Positions 19,786 to 30,155 of a stretch of DNA of 64,000 nt are shown one piece after another (within the stretch, counting starts at the first letter, position 1; the number at the start of each line of letters is the position of its first letter). The notes beneath the pieces are model-generated. The model was not told the DNA's origin, did not search any database, and was given only the letters and a program-made list of their open reading frames with translations. A program made the position numbers and the translations under genes. The DNA is from an uncultured bacterium (GTDB lineage: Bacteria > Zixibacteria > MSB-5A5 > CAIYYT01): positions 480,001 to 544,000 of the forward strand of contig CAVSCK010000003.1 of the NCBI GenBank assembly GCA_963726455.1, given 5' to 3'.

Positions 19786-21177
19786 ATGAGAGGAATCTCA
19801 CTACTTGCAATCGGCCTGACATTGATTGGGCTGTTGCTTGCGGGCTGCGAGAAAAACTACAATCCCGTGGCCGCTCCCGAGACGGACTCGCCCGTTGCGT
19901 TGGCGCCGCCAATTGAAATTCGCGAACTGGAAGCCAACAGCGTTGCGGATGCGGTCCGAGTTGCTCCGACGCCGATGGTGACGGTATCGGTCGGCGAGAG
20001 CATGCTGGAATTCTGGCCCTATACCGGTACCAACTTTGCCGGAACGCCCCAGGACCCCATCAATTTGATCTTTTACGGCAATGCCGATCCACGCGACATT
20101 CGTGCAGCGTTGCTGTCTCTGAATGGCGATCGCACGGCGCTTGGTTTCCCACCGGCGCCACCGTTCAATTCGACATGGGACGACGCCATTGGCGACGTGC
20201 AAACTGCATACGGTGGTATGCTCGGAGATGGTCCTTCGATGTCAACCAGCCCCGACGATCACGAGACGCCGGACAGGTCCTGCCATGACCGGGACTGGAC
20301 TGGAAGCACGATCCAACTGGCTTGCGGACCGTACGAAGGCATGCGCTTTCACTTGCGGCTGTTCAAGCTCGGTTGCTGGACGGTAGCAAACGCGCACCTT
20401 GACGTTCTGATTCCGGGGACGACCGATCATCAGGTCGTCAGTTGGGAAGTGGCAGAACAGTTTGTCATTGCCGATTTCATGCGCAGTGGGCTGCTCGATG
20501 AAACCACACCGATGATCCCGACGGGTCAGATCAACGATTCGCCGTTCAGAACCATTCCGGCGATCATTTACAACGGATTCCCGCCTGAACTTCGCGCCTT
20601 GATCGGTGGACCGATGTCCGATGTCACTGAGGACGTTCCTATCGGCACGGACGGACGCGCGGTTATTCTGAACCTCGCCCAAAAGGCCGAGCGCGTTGCG
20701 GAAGTGCGGACGCAGGACTTTGTCATCAACTTCAACCAGGCAATTCCCAAGCCCTTCTGCTCAAACGGGCCTACCGATTACGTGTTTGTTACCGGGCCCG
20801 TGCATTTGGTTCAGACCGCTCGCCTGACGCGTGCCGGAGTGTACGAAGTTGGCTTCTCCGCCACCGGGACCCTGAATGCCGTGCCGATTGATCCGACTAC
20901 CGGCCAACCGACTGGCGCGGCCATGCAGGCGTATGTTCGCGAAACCCATTCCGGGTTGATGAACAAGAATTTCTGTTCGGCAACAAGCAGCAAGTACCAG
21001 AAGCTAGGCCAAACTGATGATCCGAATGGCGGCCGCAGCTTCACGCATCTTATGGTCAATTCCTCCGGATTGAACAAATTTTCCGAAGACACCCGTTGCG
21101 GATCAGATCGATTCGACAATAGTGACGAGCGTTTCGCAAGATCAACCACTCCCGACCTGGCGCCTGATGAGCAATAG
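19786..21177 (+). CDS. Hypothetical lipoprotein, possibly with an LssY C-terminal-like domain
   Basis: Lipobox LLAGC; DPINLIFYG ... RFHLRLF ... AHLD ... HQV motifs reminiscent of LssY_C; GAGG RBS. Confidence 0.75.
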   Translation: MRGISLLAIGLTLIGLLLAGCEKNYNPVAAPETDSPVALAPPIEIRELEANSVADAVRVAPTPMVTVSVGESMLEFWPYTGTNFAGTPQDPINLIFYGNADPRDIRAALLSLNGDRTALGFPPAPPFNSTWDDAIGDVQTAYGGMLGDGPSMSTSPDDHETPDRSCHDRDWTGSTIQLACGPYEGMRFHLRLFKLGCWTVANAHLDVLIPGTTDHQVVSWEVAEQFVIADFMRSGLLDETTPMIPTGQINDSPFRTIPAIIYNGFPPELRALIGGPMSDVTEDVPIGTDGRAVILNLAQKAERVAEVRTQDFVINFNQAIPKPFCSNGPTDYVFVTGPVHLVQTARLTRAGVYEVGFSATGTLNAVPIDPTTGQPTGAAMQAYVRETHSGLMNKNFCSATSSKYQKLGQTDDPNGGRSFTHLMVNSSGLNKFSEDTRCGSDRFDNSDERFARSTTPDLAPDEQ

Positions 21178-21240
21178 GTCGCTGAATATGAGCTTCGGGG
21201 TTGTGACCTGAGGCAACCTTCCAAATACAGGGGCGTCTGA

Positions 21241-21275
21241 AAGCCGTCGCCAGTTCTGGCGGCGGCTTCAGCTTT
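21241..21275 (+). terminator. Probable intrinsic terminator
   Basis: aagccgtcgcca-gttc-tggcggcggctt hairpin followed by a weak T-rich tail, downstream of 21177. Confidence 0.55.
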
Positions 21276-21367
21276 ATTCTTAAGAAACTTGTGTCCAGAA
21301 CGTCATTTTCCATTTGACGAGTGACCACTTATTGATTAGTAATCGCGACAATATTTCTGGAGGAAGA

Positions 21368-21907
21368 ATGGCAGACGACAAGAAAGAACACTGGCTGAAT
21401 TACCTTGCGTTAACCACTGTCATTCTGGCAGTGTGTGCTACCCTATCAACTTTCCGTGGAAGCTCCTATTCGACTCGAACCGTAATCAGCCAGAATAAAG
21501 CATCCAATCAGTGGGCGTATTATCAGTCGAAGAGCATTAAGGGATATCTGTACGAGCTGCAAAAAGACGCATTTGAAATAGATTTGACTGCTCTGACAGG
21601 TAAGGGCGAATCGAATCAGGCCGCCGCTTACAACTCCAAGATGGCCGAATATGACAGCAGCATCACACGATACGAGAAGGAAAAGGCACAAATTCAAGAC
21701 GATGCAAGGAAGTATGAAGAGGAACGTGATCACAATCAGAGGCATTCGCAAGTTTTCGGTATCGCAGTGATCTACCTGCAGATCGCGATATTGCTTTCCT
21801 CAATTGCCGCCGTTCTCAAGAAGAAGATGGTCTGGCTCGGAGGCCTGTTGGTAGGCGCGGTGGGTATCGGATATTTTCTGTTTGCCTTCTTCGTTATGCC
21901 CGCTTGA
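21368..21907 (+). CDS. DUF4337 family membrane protein
   Basis: ALTTVILAVCAT, ASNQWAYYQSKSIK and LQIAILLSSIA motifs; start moved to the ATG after GGAGG. Confidence 0.82.
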   Translation: MADDKKEHWLNYLALTTVILAVCATLSTFRGSSYSTRTVISQNKASNQWAYYQSKSIKGYLYELQKDAFEIDLTALTGKGESNQAAAYNSKMAEYDSSITRYEKEKAQIQDDARKYEEERDHNQRHSQVFGIAVIYLQIAILLSSIAAVLKKKMVWLGGLLVGAVGIGYFLFAFFVMPA

Positions 21908-22264
21908 TTCCAACGGGGGGCGGCAATCGGAGCCACTGTAATGCCAAGCCATTGAATGACTTAACTCATCCCCGAGATTGTCGCGGTTTTGTCTGGGGCA
22001 CGACATTCATCTGGCACACTAACCTCGGCTTGACAAGCACCAGGCATAAGCTGATATTTCCCGCGTGATAAACGTCACCTGGCCGTTTGGCTGCGATGGC
22101 GCATGGAGAAGTCTGCATTTTCTTACCGGATCCATTTCCCTTTCAGGCACTAGAGACAGAGTTTAGTTCGATTGACAGATTGTTTCTATGACTTCTATGA
22201 GCGCTCAGGATAGATAAAACGGTGACGAAACGCGTTTACAACAACGGAGGCGCCGACACAGATT

Positions 22265-23206
22265 ATGAGCTCTGATAAGATATTCATTCACGAGGTTGGA
22301 CCGCGAGACGGTTTGCAGGTCGAGAAATCGACTGTTCCGCTCGAGGTAAAAATCAGATGGATTGACGGCCTGCTCGAAAGTGGGATTGATATTATTCAAC
22401 TCGGTTCCTTTGTGAATCCCGAAAAGGTTCCTCAGATGGCTGACACCGATAAGCTGTTCACTCATTACACTTCATCTGGCAAGAAACCGAGTGGCGCCGC
22501 ACTGTCGGGTCTGGTACTGAATGAAAAAGGCCAGGAGCGTGCCATGGCTTGTGGTGTGGAAATGCTTTGTATGGGCGTTTCGGTTAGCGAGACACACAGT
22601 CGGAAGAACACGGGGATGAGCACCTCAGAAGCTCTCGGGCGTATCGTGCCGATGGCGAAAAGTGCATTGGCCATAGGCAAAAGAGTACAAGTGTCGGTTC
22701 AGTCTGCCTTTGGCTGCGGATTCGAGGGACCCATCCCGCAGGAAAAGGTCTTGGGAATCGTCAAAGAATATCTCAACGCCGGTATTCGTAACATCAGTCT
22801 TGCCGATACCGCGGGCCACGCACAACCCCTGCAAGTAGAACAATTGTTCGGAAAGATCCGACAGCTTGATGCGAGCGCTGAACTGGCCTGTCATTTTCAC
22901 AACACCTACGGTCTCGGGTTGGCCAATTGCTTCGCGGCCCTGAAAGCGGGCGTCACCTACTTCGAGTCTGCGTTCGGCGGTCTCGGCGGCTGCCCGTTCA
23001 CCAAGCTCCCGGCCGGCAATGTAAGCACTGAGGATTTGGTGCATTCGCTGCAGCGGATGGGATTTCGGAGTGATATCAAACTTGACGTCCTGTTGGAAAC
23101 AGCACGCGCGGTAGCGGCCTTCTTCAACAGAGAATTGCCGGGACTGGTTCTTAAATCAGGATCGATTGTGGGCTTCAAAGGAAAAGAAAACAAAGAGGTG
23201 GTATGA
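22265..23206 (+). CDS. HMG-CoA lyase family (DRE-TIM) enzyme, possibly (R)-citramalyl-CoA lyase
   Basis: EVGPRDGLQ, SFVNPEKVPQMAD, AFGCGFEG, LADTAG, HFHNTYG and GLGGCPF...GNVSTEDLV. Confidence 0.9.
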   Translation: MSSDKIFIHEVGPRDGLQVEKSTVPLEVKIRWIDGLLESGIDIIQLGSFVNPEKVPQMADTDKLFTHYTSSGKKPSGAALSGLVLNEKGQERAMACGVEMLCMGVSVSETHSRKNTGMSTSEALGRIVPMAKSALAIGKRVQVSVQSAFGCGFEGPIPQEKVLGIVKEYLNAGIRNISLADTAGHAQPLQVEQLFGKIRQLDASAELACHFHNTYGLGLANCFAALKAGVTYFESAFGGLGGCPFTKLPAGNVSTEDLVHSLQRMGFRSDIKLDVLLETARAVAAFFNRELPGLVLKSGSIVGFKGKENKEVV

Positions 23207-24397
23207 AATTGCTGGAAAACATTCGCGTTATCGATATGACCAACGTGTTGTCTGGCCCGTTCGCGACTCTGCATTTGTCGCTGCTCGGAGCGGAAGTGAT
23301 CAAGATCGAGAATCCGGACGGCGGTGATTTGGCACGCAAACTGGGGAATGTCCCCAAACTCAACAAAGAGCTTATGGGGACAAGTTTCCTGGCTCAGAAT
23401 GCCAACAAGAAATCGCTCACGCTCAACATGAAGTTGCCTGAGGGAAAGAAGATCTTTGGCGAACTGCTTAAGAGCGCGGATGTATTGGTGGAGAACTTCC
23501 GTCCCGGCGTGATGGCACGTCTCGGGTTTTCCTTTGAGGAATGCCAGAAGATCAATCCGCGGCTGATATACTGCGCCATTTCCGGTTTTGGGCAGACCGG
23601 ACCGGATGCCTTCAAACCGGCTTACGATCAGATAATTCAGGGACTTTCAGGCGTAATGGATGTCAACGGTGATGAACGGCTTCATCCCTTGCGCGCCGGG
23701 TTTCCGATCTGTGACACGGTTGGTGGGCTGAACGCGGCGTTCGCAGTGATGGCGGCGCTCTACTATCGAGAGAAAACCGGCGAGGGCCAGTTCATTGACA
23801 TTGCGCTGCTTGACGCCATTATGCCACTGATGGGCTGGGTCGCGGCCAATCTGCTTGATCGGCGGGAAACATCCGATTCCGATGGGCAATGATAATTTCA
23901 CTGCAGCTCCATCCGGCGCGTTCAAAACGAAAGACGGCTATATAAATATCGCCGCCAATCAGCAGAAACAGTGGGAAGATCTCGCCGATGTTGTCGGGCT
24001 GCCGGAACTCAAGACTGATTCTCGTTTCCAGGAGCGCGATACCCGCAAAGCCAACCGCAAAGTGCTCACACCGATTTTGGAAGAGAAGCTCACGCAGCAT
24101 TGTACAAACTATTGGGTGGAGGTTCTGAACGAGAAGGGAATACCTGCGGGAGATATTCTCAGTCTGGAGAAGGCGCTGAATAGCGAGCAGATCAAGCACA
24201 GAGAGACGATCGCCAACGTGAACGAACCGGACATTGGCGACGTAAAGATATTCAATATGTCGGCGAAATTTTCCAAAACGCCCGCAAGCGTTGATATGGC
24301 GCCGCCGCGACTTTCGGCTCATACAGCAGAAATTCTTGGCCGGCTCGGATACAGCGAGGAAGACATGCGGGCGCTGAGAGAAAAGATGGTTATATGA
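23203..24397 (+). pseudogene. Class III CoA-transferase (CaiB/BaiF), frameshifted near 23855 (pseudogene or sequencing error)
   Basis: N-half 23203-23892 has LSGPFA, GAEVIKIE, NANKKS, ENFRPG and AYD. C-half in another frame (APSGAFKTKDG...APPRLSAHT). Removing one T from ctgcttgatc restores LLIGGKHP. Confidence 0.85.
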
Positions 24398-24437
24398 GCG
24401 ATTGTCGGATAGCAAATTCATGCAAGGAGCATCATAA

Positions 24438-25727
24438 ATGGGAATGACCTACGTACAAAAAGTCATCGCCAGGGCCTGCGGTAAATCCGCGGTCGCCGTC
24501 GGCGACGTGGTGGAGCCGGAAGTTCACCTCGCCATGTCGCATGAAAACGGCGCGCTGGTAATGAACCAGTTTGCCGAGATATACAAGGGCACCGGCCTGG
24601 TAGCCAACGTCTGGAATCCTGATCGCATCGCGATCATTCTCGATCATCGCGTCCCCGCCGAAAGCTCGAAGACGGCCACCAATCAGAAAAAGATTCGCGA
24701 CTATGTTGCCGAGCAGGGGATCAAGAAATTCCACGATATCCGTGGCGACGAAGGCGGCATCTGCCATCAGATTCTGCCTGAGCATGGTTATGTTCGCCCC
24801 GGCTACGTAGTAGTTGGCACGGACAGTCACACCACGAGTCATGGTTCGCTGGGTGCGTTCGCGTTCGGTATCGGCGCCACAGAAATGGCATCGGTCTGGG
24901 CGTTGGGCAGAGTGCTCAATGTCGAAGTGCCGGGCACGATCAAAGTCGTTGTCAACGGCAAATTGGCGTCGCACGTCGGGCCAAAGGATCTGATCTTGCA
25001 TCTGATCGGCAAACTGACTGCTGAAGGCGCGAATTTCAAAGTTCTGGAATTTCATGGGGAGGCAATCAGAACTATGCCGACCTCCGGACGCTTAACTGTC
25101 TGTAACATGTCGGTCGAAGCAGGAGCTACGTCGGGCATCGTGCCGCCGGATGAAGAAACCCTGCGTTATCTCAAGGTCGAAGCAGGCGTCAGCGAGAAGA
25201 TCGAGGTGTACGGCCCTGACAAGGACGCCGTCTATGAACAGGTCGTGGAGATTGACGCCACCAAACTTGGCCCACAGATTGCCTGTCCTCACACGGTGGA
25301 CAATATCAGAGCGGTCGAGCAAGTTGCGGGAACCAAAATCGATCAGATTGTAATCGGTTCCTGCACCAACGGACGTTTGGACGACTTGGAGGCCGCCGCC
25401 CGGATTCTCAAAGGCAAAAAGGTCGCGCGTGGAACCAGGATGTTGGTATTCCCGGCGTCGTGGCGGATTTATCGTGAGGCGCTCAAACGCGGGTATCTCG
25501 CGGACTTGGTGGATGCCGGCGCAGTCGTCTGCAATCCCGGCTGCGGACCCTGCTTGGGTGTGCATCAAGGCGCTTTGGGCGATAACGAAGTTGCTCTGGC
25601 GACCACGAACAGGAATTTCAAGGGACGTATGGGCAACCCAAATGCTGAAGTCTATCTCTGCTCACCCGAGGTAGCTGCTGCAAGCGCAATCACCGGTGTG
25701 ATTTCTGATCCCAGAGGAGGACGCTAA
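24438..25727 (+). CDS. leuC: 3-isopropylmalate dehydratase/homoaconitase family large subunit
   Basis: DHRVP, GICHQ, GTDSHTT, IGSCTNGR, NPGCGPCLG and NRNFKGRMG; substrate uncertain given the operon context. Confidence 0.9.
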   Translation: MGMTYVQKVIARACGKSAVAVGDVVEPEVHLAMSHENGALVMNQFAEIYKGTGLVANVWNPDRIAIILDHRVPAESSKTATNQKKIRDYVAEQGIKKFHDIRGDEGGICHQILPEHGYVRPGYVVVGTDSHTTSHGSLGAFAFGIGATEMASVWALGRVLNVEVPGTIKVVVNGKLASHVGPKDLILHLIGKLTAEGANFKVLEFHGEAIRTMPTSGRLTVCNMSVEAGATSGIVPPDEETLRYLKVEAGVSEKIEVYGPDKDAVYEQVVEIDATKLGPQIACPHTVDNIRAVEQVAGTKIDQIVIGSCTNGRLDDLEAAARILKGKKVARGTRMLVFPASWRIYREALKRGYLADLVDAGAVVCNPGCGPCLGVHQGALGDNEVALATTNRNFKGRMGNPNAEVYLCSPEVAAASAITGVISDPRGGR

Positions 25728-25728
25728 G

Positions 25729-26226
25729 ATGGGTAAAGTAGTTCTCAAAGTTGGCAATGACGTTTCGACTGATATCATTTATCCGGGACGTTTTATGGCG
25801 ACCGTACTCCCGACGGAGACGCCGCAGTTTGCATTTGCCGACCAGACTGAATTCAATAAGAAGCTGAAGAATAACGAAGTTCCCAAGGGCAGTTACATTG
25901 TCGCCGGCCAGAACTTCGGCTGTGGTTCCTCGCGCGAGCAGGCGGCATCCTGCCTCAAGGGGTGGGAGTTGACCATTGTGGCCAACCATTTCTCCAGAAT
26001 CTTCATGCAGAACTCGATCAATCTGGGTCTGGCAACCGTCATCTGTCCCGACATCGAAGCAGACGAAGGCGACGAACTGGAAATCAACGGTGAGGTAATT
26101 AAGAACATCACCAAGGGCAAGGAGTTCAAGATTCATCCGTTGCCCAAGGCGCGTCAGGCGATAATCGACGCGGGAGGGTTGATTCCCTACACGCGCACGC
26201 TTCTGATGAAGGAATCCAAGAAGTAG
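25729..26226 (+). CDS. leuD: 3-isopropylmalate dehydratase family small subunit
   Basis: DVSTDIIYPG, AGQNFGCGSSREQA and FSRIFMQNSINLGL. Confidence 0.9.
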   Translation: MGKVVLKVGNDVSTDIIYPGRFMATVLPTETPQFAFADQTEFNKKLKNNEVPKGSYIVAGQNFGCGSSREQAASCLKGWELTIVANHFSRIFMQNSINLGLATVICPDIEADEGDELEINGEVIKNITKGKEFKIHPLPKARQAIIDAGGLIPYTRTLLMKESKK

Positions 26227-26258
26227 CCACCAAAGCTATCACGAACATCACAAGTTCG

Positions 26259-26294
26259 AGCGGGTCAGATGCCAATTGCTTCTGACCCGCTTTT
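26259..26294 (+). terminator. Intrinsic terminator
   Basis: agcgggtcaga...tctgacccgct followed by ttt after leuD. Confidence 0.7.
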
Positions 26295-26364
26295 CAATGC
26301 GTAAGGTTAAGGTATCGTTACGCCATTCGGCGCGATCGCCGGATGATCGATGGCGTCTACGTGA

Positions 26365-27432
26365 TTAATTTCCCGAACAAGGGGCCGGGCCGCCCGCGAA
26401 TTTGTATTCTATAAGAAATACGGCATCCGCCAAGTCGATCGCACTGTCGCAGTTCGCATCACCGGTGATACTGGGGTTCGGCGCAGGTCCGCTCGCGAAA
26501 ATAAATTGGATGAGAAACATGGCATCCGAGACATCCAGAACCCCATCAGCATTCGCGTCACCAGCACCAACAGTACGAAGACTGAACACTTGTCTCGACC
26601 AGGTGGACGCGCCATGTTGATCCGCAGCGCTCACTTTCCACCAGTACGGTCTTCCCCAAAGCAGACTATCGCCCAATGTCAATGTAGCTGATCGCGTGGC
26701 TGGGGAATGAAACGTGTTAGAGAAGAGACTGTCGGAACTTGCATAGAGTGTGTATGTCACGGTGTCGCCGGGATCCGGATCAGATGATGCAGCCCAGATG
26801 AACTGCGGGTAGCGTGTCATCACAGGCGGCATCGGCCCATTGGTGGGTGACAGAAGGTCGAAGGCAACGGGTGCGTTGTTGGATGAGGCAAAGGCGACCG
26901 ACTTGCTCGCAGTATAGGTGTAATCACCGCCGGTGCCGCCGGTGTTGTTGGCGGCCAGTCCGCACACATAGAACGTAACGGGTCCGCCGTTGGTCGTTGG
27001 TGCGATCCACTGGAAACTCCATTTGGTGGAGTCTGCCGTTCCGGCATGAGTTCCGCCGCTGGTCTGAAACATGTACTGTCTGGAACCGGAGGTCTGTTGC
27101 TGGGTGTGCGTCGCGTCGGTTACCCGTAATAGTCCCGCAGCATTATTAGACGCATCCAGCACTGTCAACTCGAATCCCCATCGAGTCAGGCCGGTATGTT
27201 TGACGGTCGCCGTGACTGTTAGGGTGTCCCCCAGCGCAAATTGACTCTTGGAAACGTAGAGGGTGACCGATCCGGGACCAGGATTGGCGGCATTGGAGTG
27301 GCAATTTGCACAGGTGGATTCGCCTGGGGCGCCGGTCCGCGTACCCACAAAACTAGATGCATAAGCCCAACACATGGCAGAAACAAACAGCGAAATTGCG
27401 GATAGTAGCATGAGGGGAGAACGGTAATTCAT
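26365..27432 (-). CDS. Secreted Reeler/choice-of-anchor-V-type protein with C-terminal dockerin
   Basis: Signal peptide; RTGAPGESTCANCH, WGFELTV and WSFQWIAP...VTFYVCGLAAN; dockerin GDANADGVLDVSDA...GDANCDSAIDLADAVFL...GGPAPC. Confidence 0.85.
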   Translation of the reverse strand: MNYRSPLMLLSAISLFVSAMCWAYASSFVGTRTGAPGESTCANCHSNAANPGPGSVTLYVSKSQFALGDTLTVTATVKHTGLTRWGFELTVLDASNNAAGLLRVTDATHTQQQTSGSRQYMFQTSGGTHAGTADSTKWSFQWIAPTTNGGPVTFYVCGLAANNTGGTGGDYTYTASKSVAFASSNNAPVAFDLLSPTNGPMPPVMTRYPQFIWAASSDPDPGDTVTYTLYASSDSLFSNTFHSPATRSATLTLGDSLLWGRPYWWKVSAADQHGASTWSRQVFSLRTVGAGDANADGVLDVSDAMFLIQFIFASGPAPNPSITGDANCDSAIDLADAVFLIEYKFAGGPAPCSGN

Positions 27433-28004
27433 GGAGACTCCTTCCGTAGATGTCCTCTAGAATAGATTGAAGTAATGGCATTCGCGCGTCAGTGCGCGAT
27501 GAATCGGTATTCCTGCCCGAGTTAGAAGTTGCAGTCGATCGATGGCTGCGAAGGCGCGATAGCTACGAAAGGTAATTCTGGCAGAGATCAAAGTAGCAGT
27601 CGATGAATGACTGCGAAGAAGCGGTAAGATACACGATCTGTCCTGTTTGTCAAGAGCGAATCTTCCGTGACCGTTCGATTGATCATATTTTCCATTCGAC
27701 GATCCCGAGAATTCCCATCGGATTGATGGCGATGCGCTTGCTCGAGTCGTGACCGAGCATTACTGTCCGAATCAATGCAGGCAAGCGAGACCGGGTACCT
27801 CGCGAACAAACGTCGAATCTCAATCACCTTCCGCCTGACGTTATGATCGAACCTCTCGATCCCCGCATTTTCACTTGCCACAGCCGCTGAAAACCAGCAG
27901 ATTAGAAAAGAGAACTCGATCATTTTCAGCGACCGCCGTCTCGCACTTATGGTTTTGACTGAGGGTGATCTGCGCACGATAAGCAGTTTAAGAGTGATTA
28001 GTTC

Positions 28005-29832
28005 ATGAGTAAGAAGCCCAATGAAAGAGAGCTGATGCGAAAGGTCGGTGATGATGCCGCCGTGTCGGAGTCGTCGGTGCAGTCGCGTCCGGATGGCCCG
28101 GGCATTGACCGGGCTGAGTTCGAACAAATGCTGCTTGAGCTTTCCTCTGCATTCGCACACTTGCGCGCCGAACAGTTGGATATTGAAATCGGCAAATGGC
28201 TGCAGCGGATCGGCGAGTTCCTGCAACTGGATATGAATGTAATCTGGCAACCATGCCCCGACGGCCAGCACCTTAACGTTTCGCATTGCTGGACAGTTTC
28301 GGGGTCGGTGATCTTCCCGAACATCGTCTCGATAGCGGATATCCCCTGGCTGGCCGGCAAGCTTGGCCATGGTGAAACAGTCGTTTGTCATCGTATTGAT
28401 GATCTTCCTGCCGAAGCCGACAAGGAAAAGAAAATCCTCCGCGACAGAGGCGTCAAGTCAGTGGCAGGGATTCCGCTGTCGGTTGGGGGCATCAATGTCG
28501 GGGCCGTTAATTTTGGCACGCTTAGTGATGAACGCGAGTGGCCCGACTATCTGCTCAGACGATTGCAGTTGGTTGCGGAAATATTCGCTGGAGCACTCCT
28601 GCGCAGAACCACGCTTGAAGCCGTTCGCAACGAGAGAGACCGTGCCCAGCAGTATCTTGACATGGCGGGTACCATATTGATCGCTCTCGATCGAGGCGGC
28701 TGCGTTACCATGATAAATCAAAGAGGTTGCGAATTATTGGGATACACAGAAAGCGAGCTTATCGGCAAGGAATGGTTCGGAAATTTCCTGCCCAAGCACA
28801 TAGCCCGGGAAGTGAGAAGCACATTTGACCCACTGATGAGGGGTGAGAAGCAACCTGCCGAATATTACGAAAACTCAGTCCTCACCAAGAGCAGCGAAGA
28901 ACGACTGATAGCCTGGAACAACAGACTTCTGCACGACGGCTCCGGAAGAATTATCGGTACGTTAAGTTCGGGAGAGGATATAACTGAGCGAAGACAGATG
29001 TTGAGGGAGCTAAGAAAGAGCAAGGAAAGATTCGAACGGGTAGCTCAGCAAAGTCGTGAGATGGTTTGGGAAGTTGACGCCGACGGCCTGTTTACTTACG
29101 TGAGTCCGGCATCCGAGGCGATCCTTGGATATCGGCCGGAAGAGATGGTTGGCAAAATGCATTTCTACGATCTTCAGCCGACCGCCGAACGGGAGAAATT
29201 CAAAGCCGCATCGTTTCGTCAGATTACCAACCGCGAGTCGTTTCGCAATGACGTCAACCAAGCGGAAACCAAATCAGGCCGGATCGTCTGGTTCTTGACC
29301 AGCGGCGCGCCGGTGCTGGACGACCAGGGAAAGTTCACGGGTTATATCGGGTCTGACCTCGATATCACAGAGCGCGTACAGATGGAAGAGCGGCTCAAGG
29401 TCGAACGCGAGGAACTGACCGAGAAGAACATCGCACTAAAGCAGGTGCTCGACCATATCGAAAGAGAGCGGGCCAGCTTCCGACACGATATTAGTTCCGG
29501 CGTTGAAAACCTGCTGAAGCCAATCGTAGAGAAGCTAAAGAAGAAGCGGTGGCCAGTTAAGGGAACGCGAGATCGGCATAATGGAAGACGCCATTAACTC
29601 TATAATTGGCAAAGACATAGACAGCTTCACCAACAACCTGGCGAAACTGTCGCCACGCGAACGTGATGTCGCAGAGCTAATAAAGCAGGGACGGAGCTCA
29701 AAACAGATCGCGCAAGCTCTTAATATCGATGTGCTTACGGTACATAAACATCGCGACTCTATTCGCAGGAAACTGCAACTGAAGCACAAGGATCTGAACT
29801 TGACCAGCTTTCTCCGCTCCCACTGGCTTTAG
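28005..29832 (+). pseudogene. GAF-PAS-PAS-LuxR HTH regulator, frameshifted near 29540 (pseudogene or sequencing error)
   Basis: 28005-29597 encodes GAF plus two PAS/PAC domains. The LuxR HTH (LSPRERDVAELIKQGRSSKQIA...TVHKHRDSIRRKL) is in another frame, open from 29539. Deleting one base in aagaagaagc joins them. Confidence 0.82.
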
Positions 29833-30116
29833 CAGACCAATACCTAATCCATACTCAATAATGCCACATTGCGGTTTGCTTTATCATTACGATAATTCTC
29901 CCTGGGCTAGTGGAGCTATCCGAGGAATACAGAGCTCTGTAACGAGGCATTATCGACGGAGATATGTTCTGACGAACAACGGCAATAATGCCTCGCCTCG
30001 CACTCATCGTAAATCACAAAATTTCACGCGGTAATTCGGCAGCTAGTACGAAGCGAACAGTTGATCGACGTTCAAATCGTGAAGTTCTAATAGCGATTTA
30101 ATCAGACAAGCAATAG

Positions 30117-30143
30117 AGCCCCCTCTCGACTTGAGAGGGGGCT
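30117..30143 (-). terminator. Probable terminator hairpin after pmbA
   Basis: agccccctctc-gactt-gagagggggct perfect 11 bp stem just after the 30156 stop; weak U-tract. Confidence 0.55.
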
Positions 30144-30155
30144 GTCAGACTGGGC

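Noticed and set aside
27588-28391. 267 aa minus-strand ORF
   Set aside because: Half overlaps the PAS regulator antisense; no recognisable domain or RBS.
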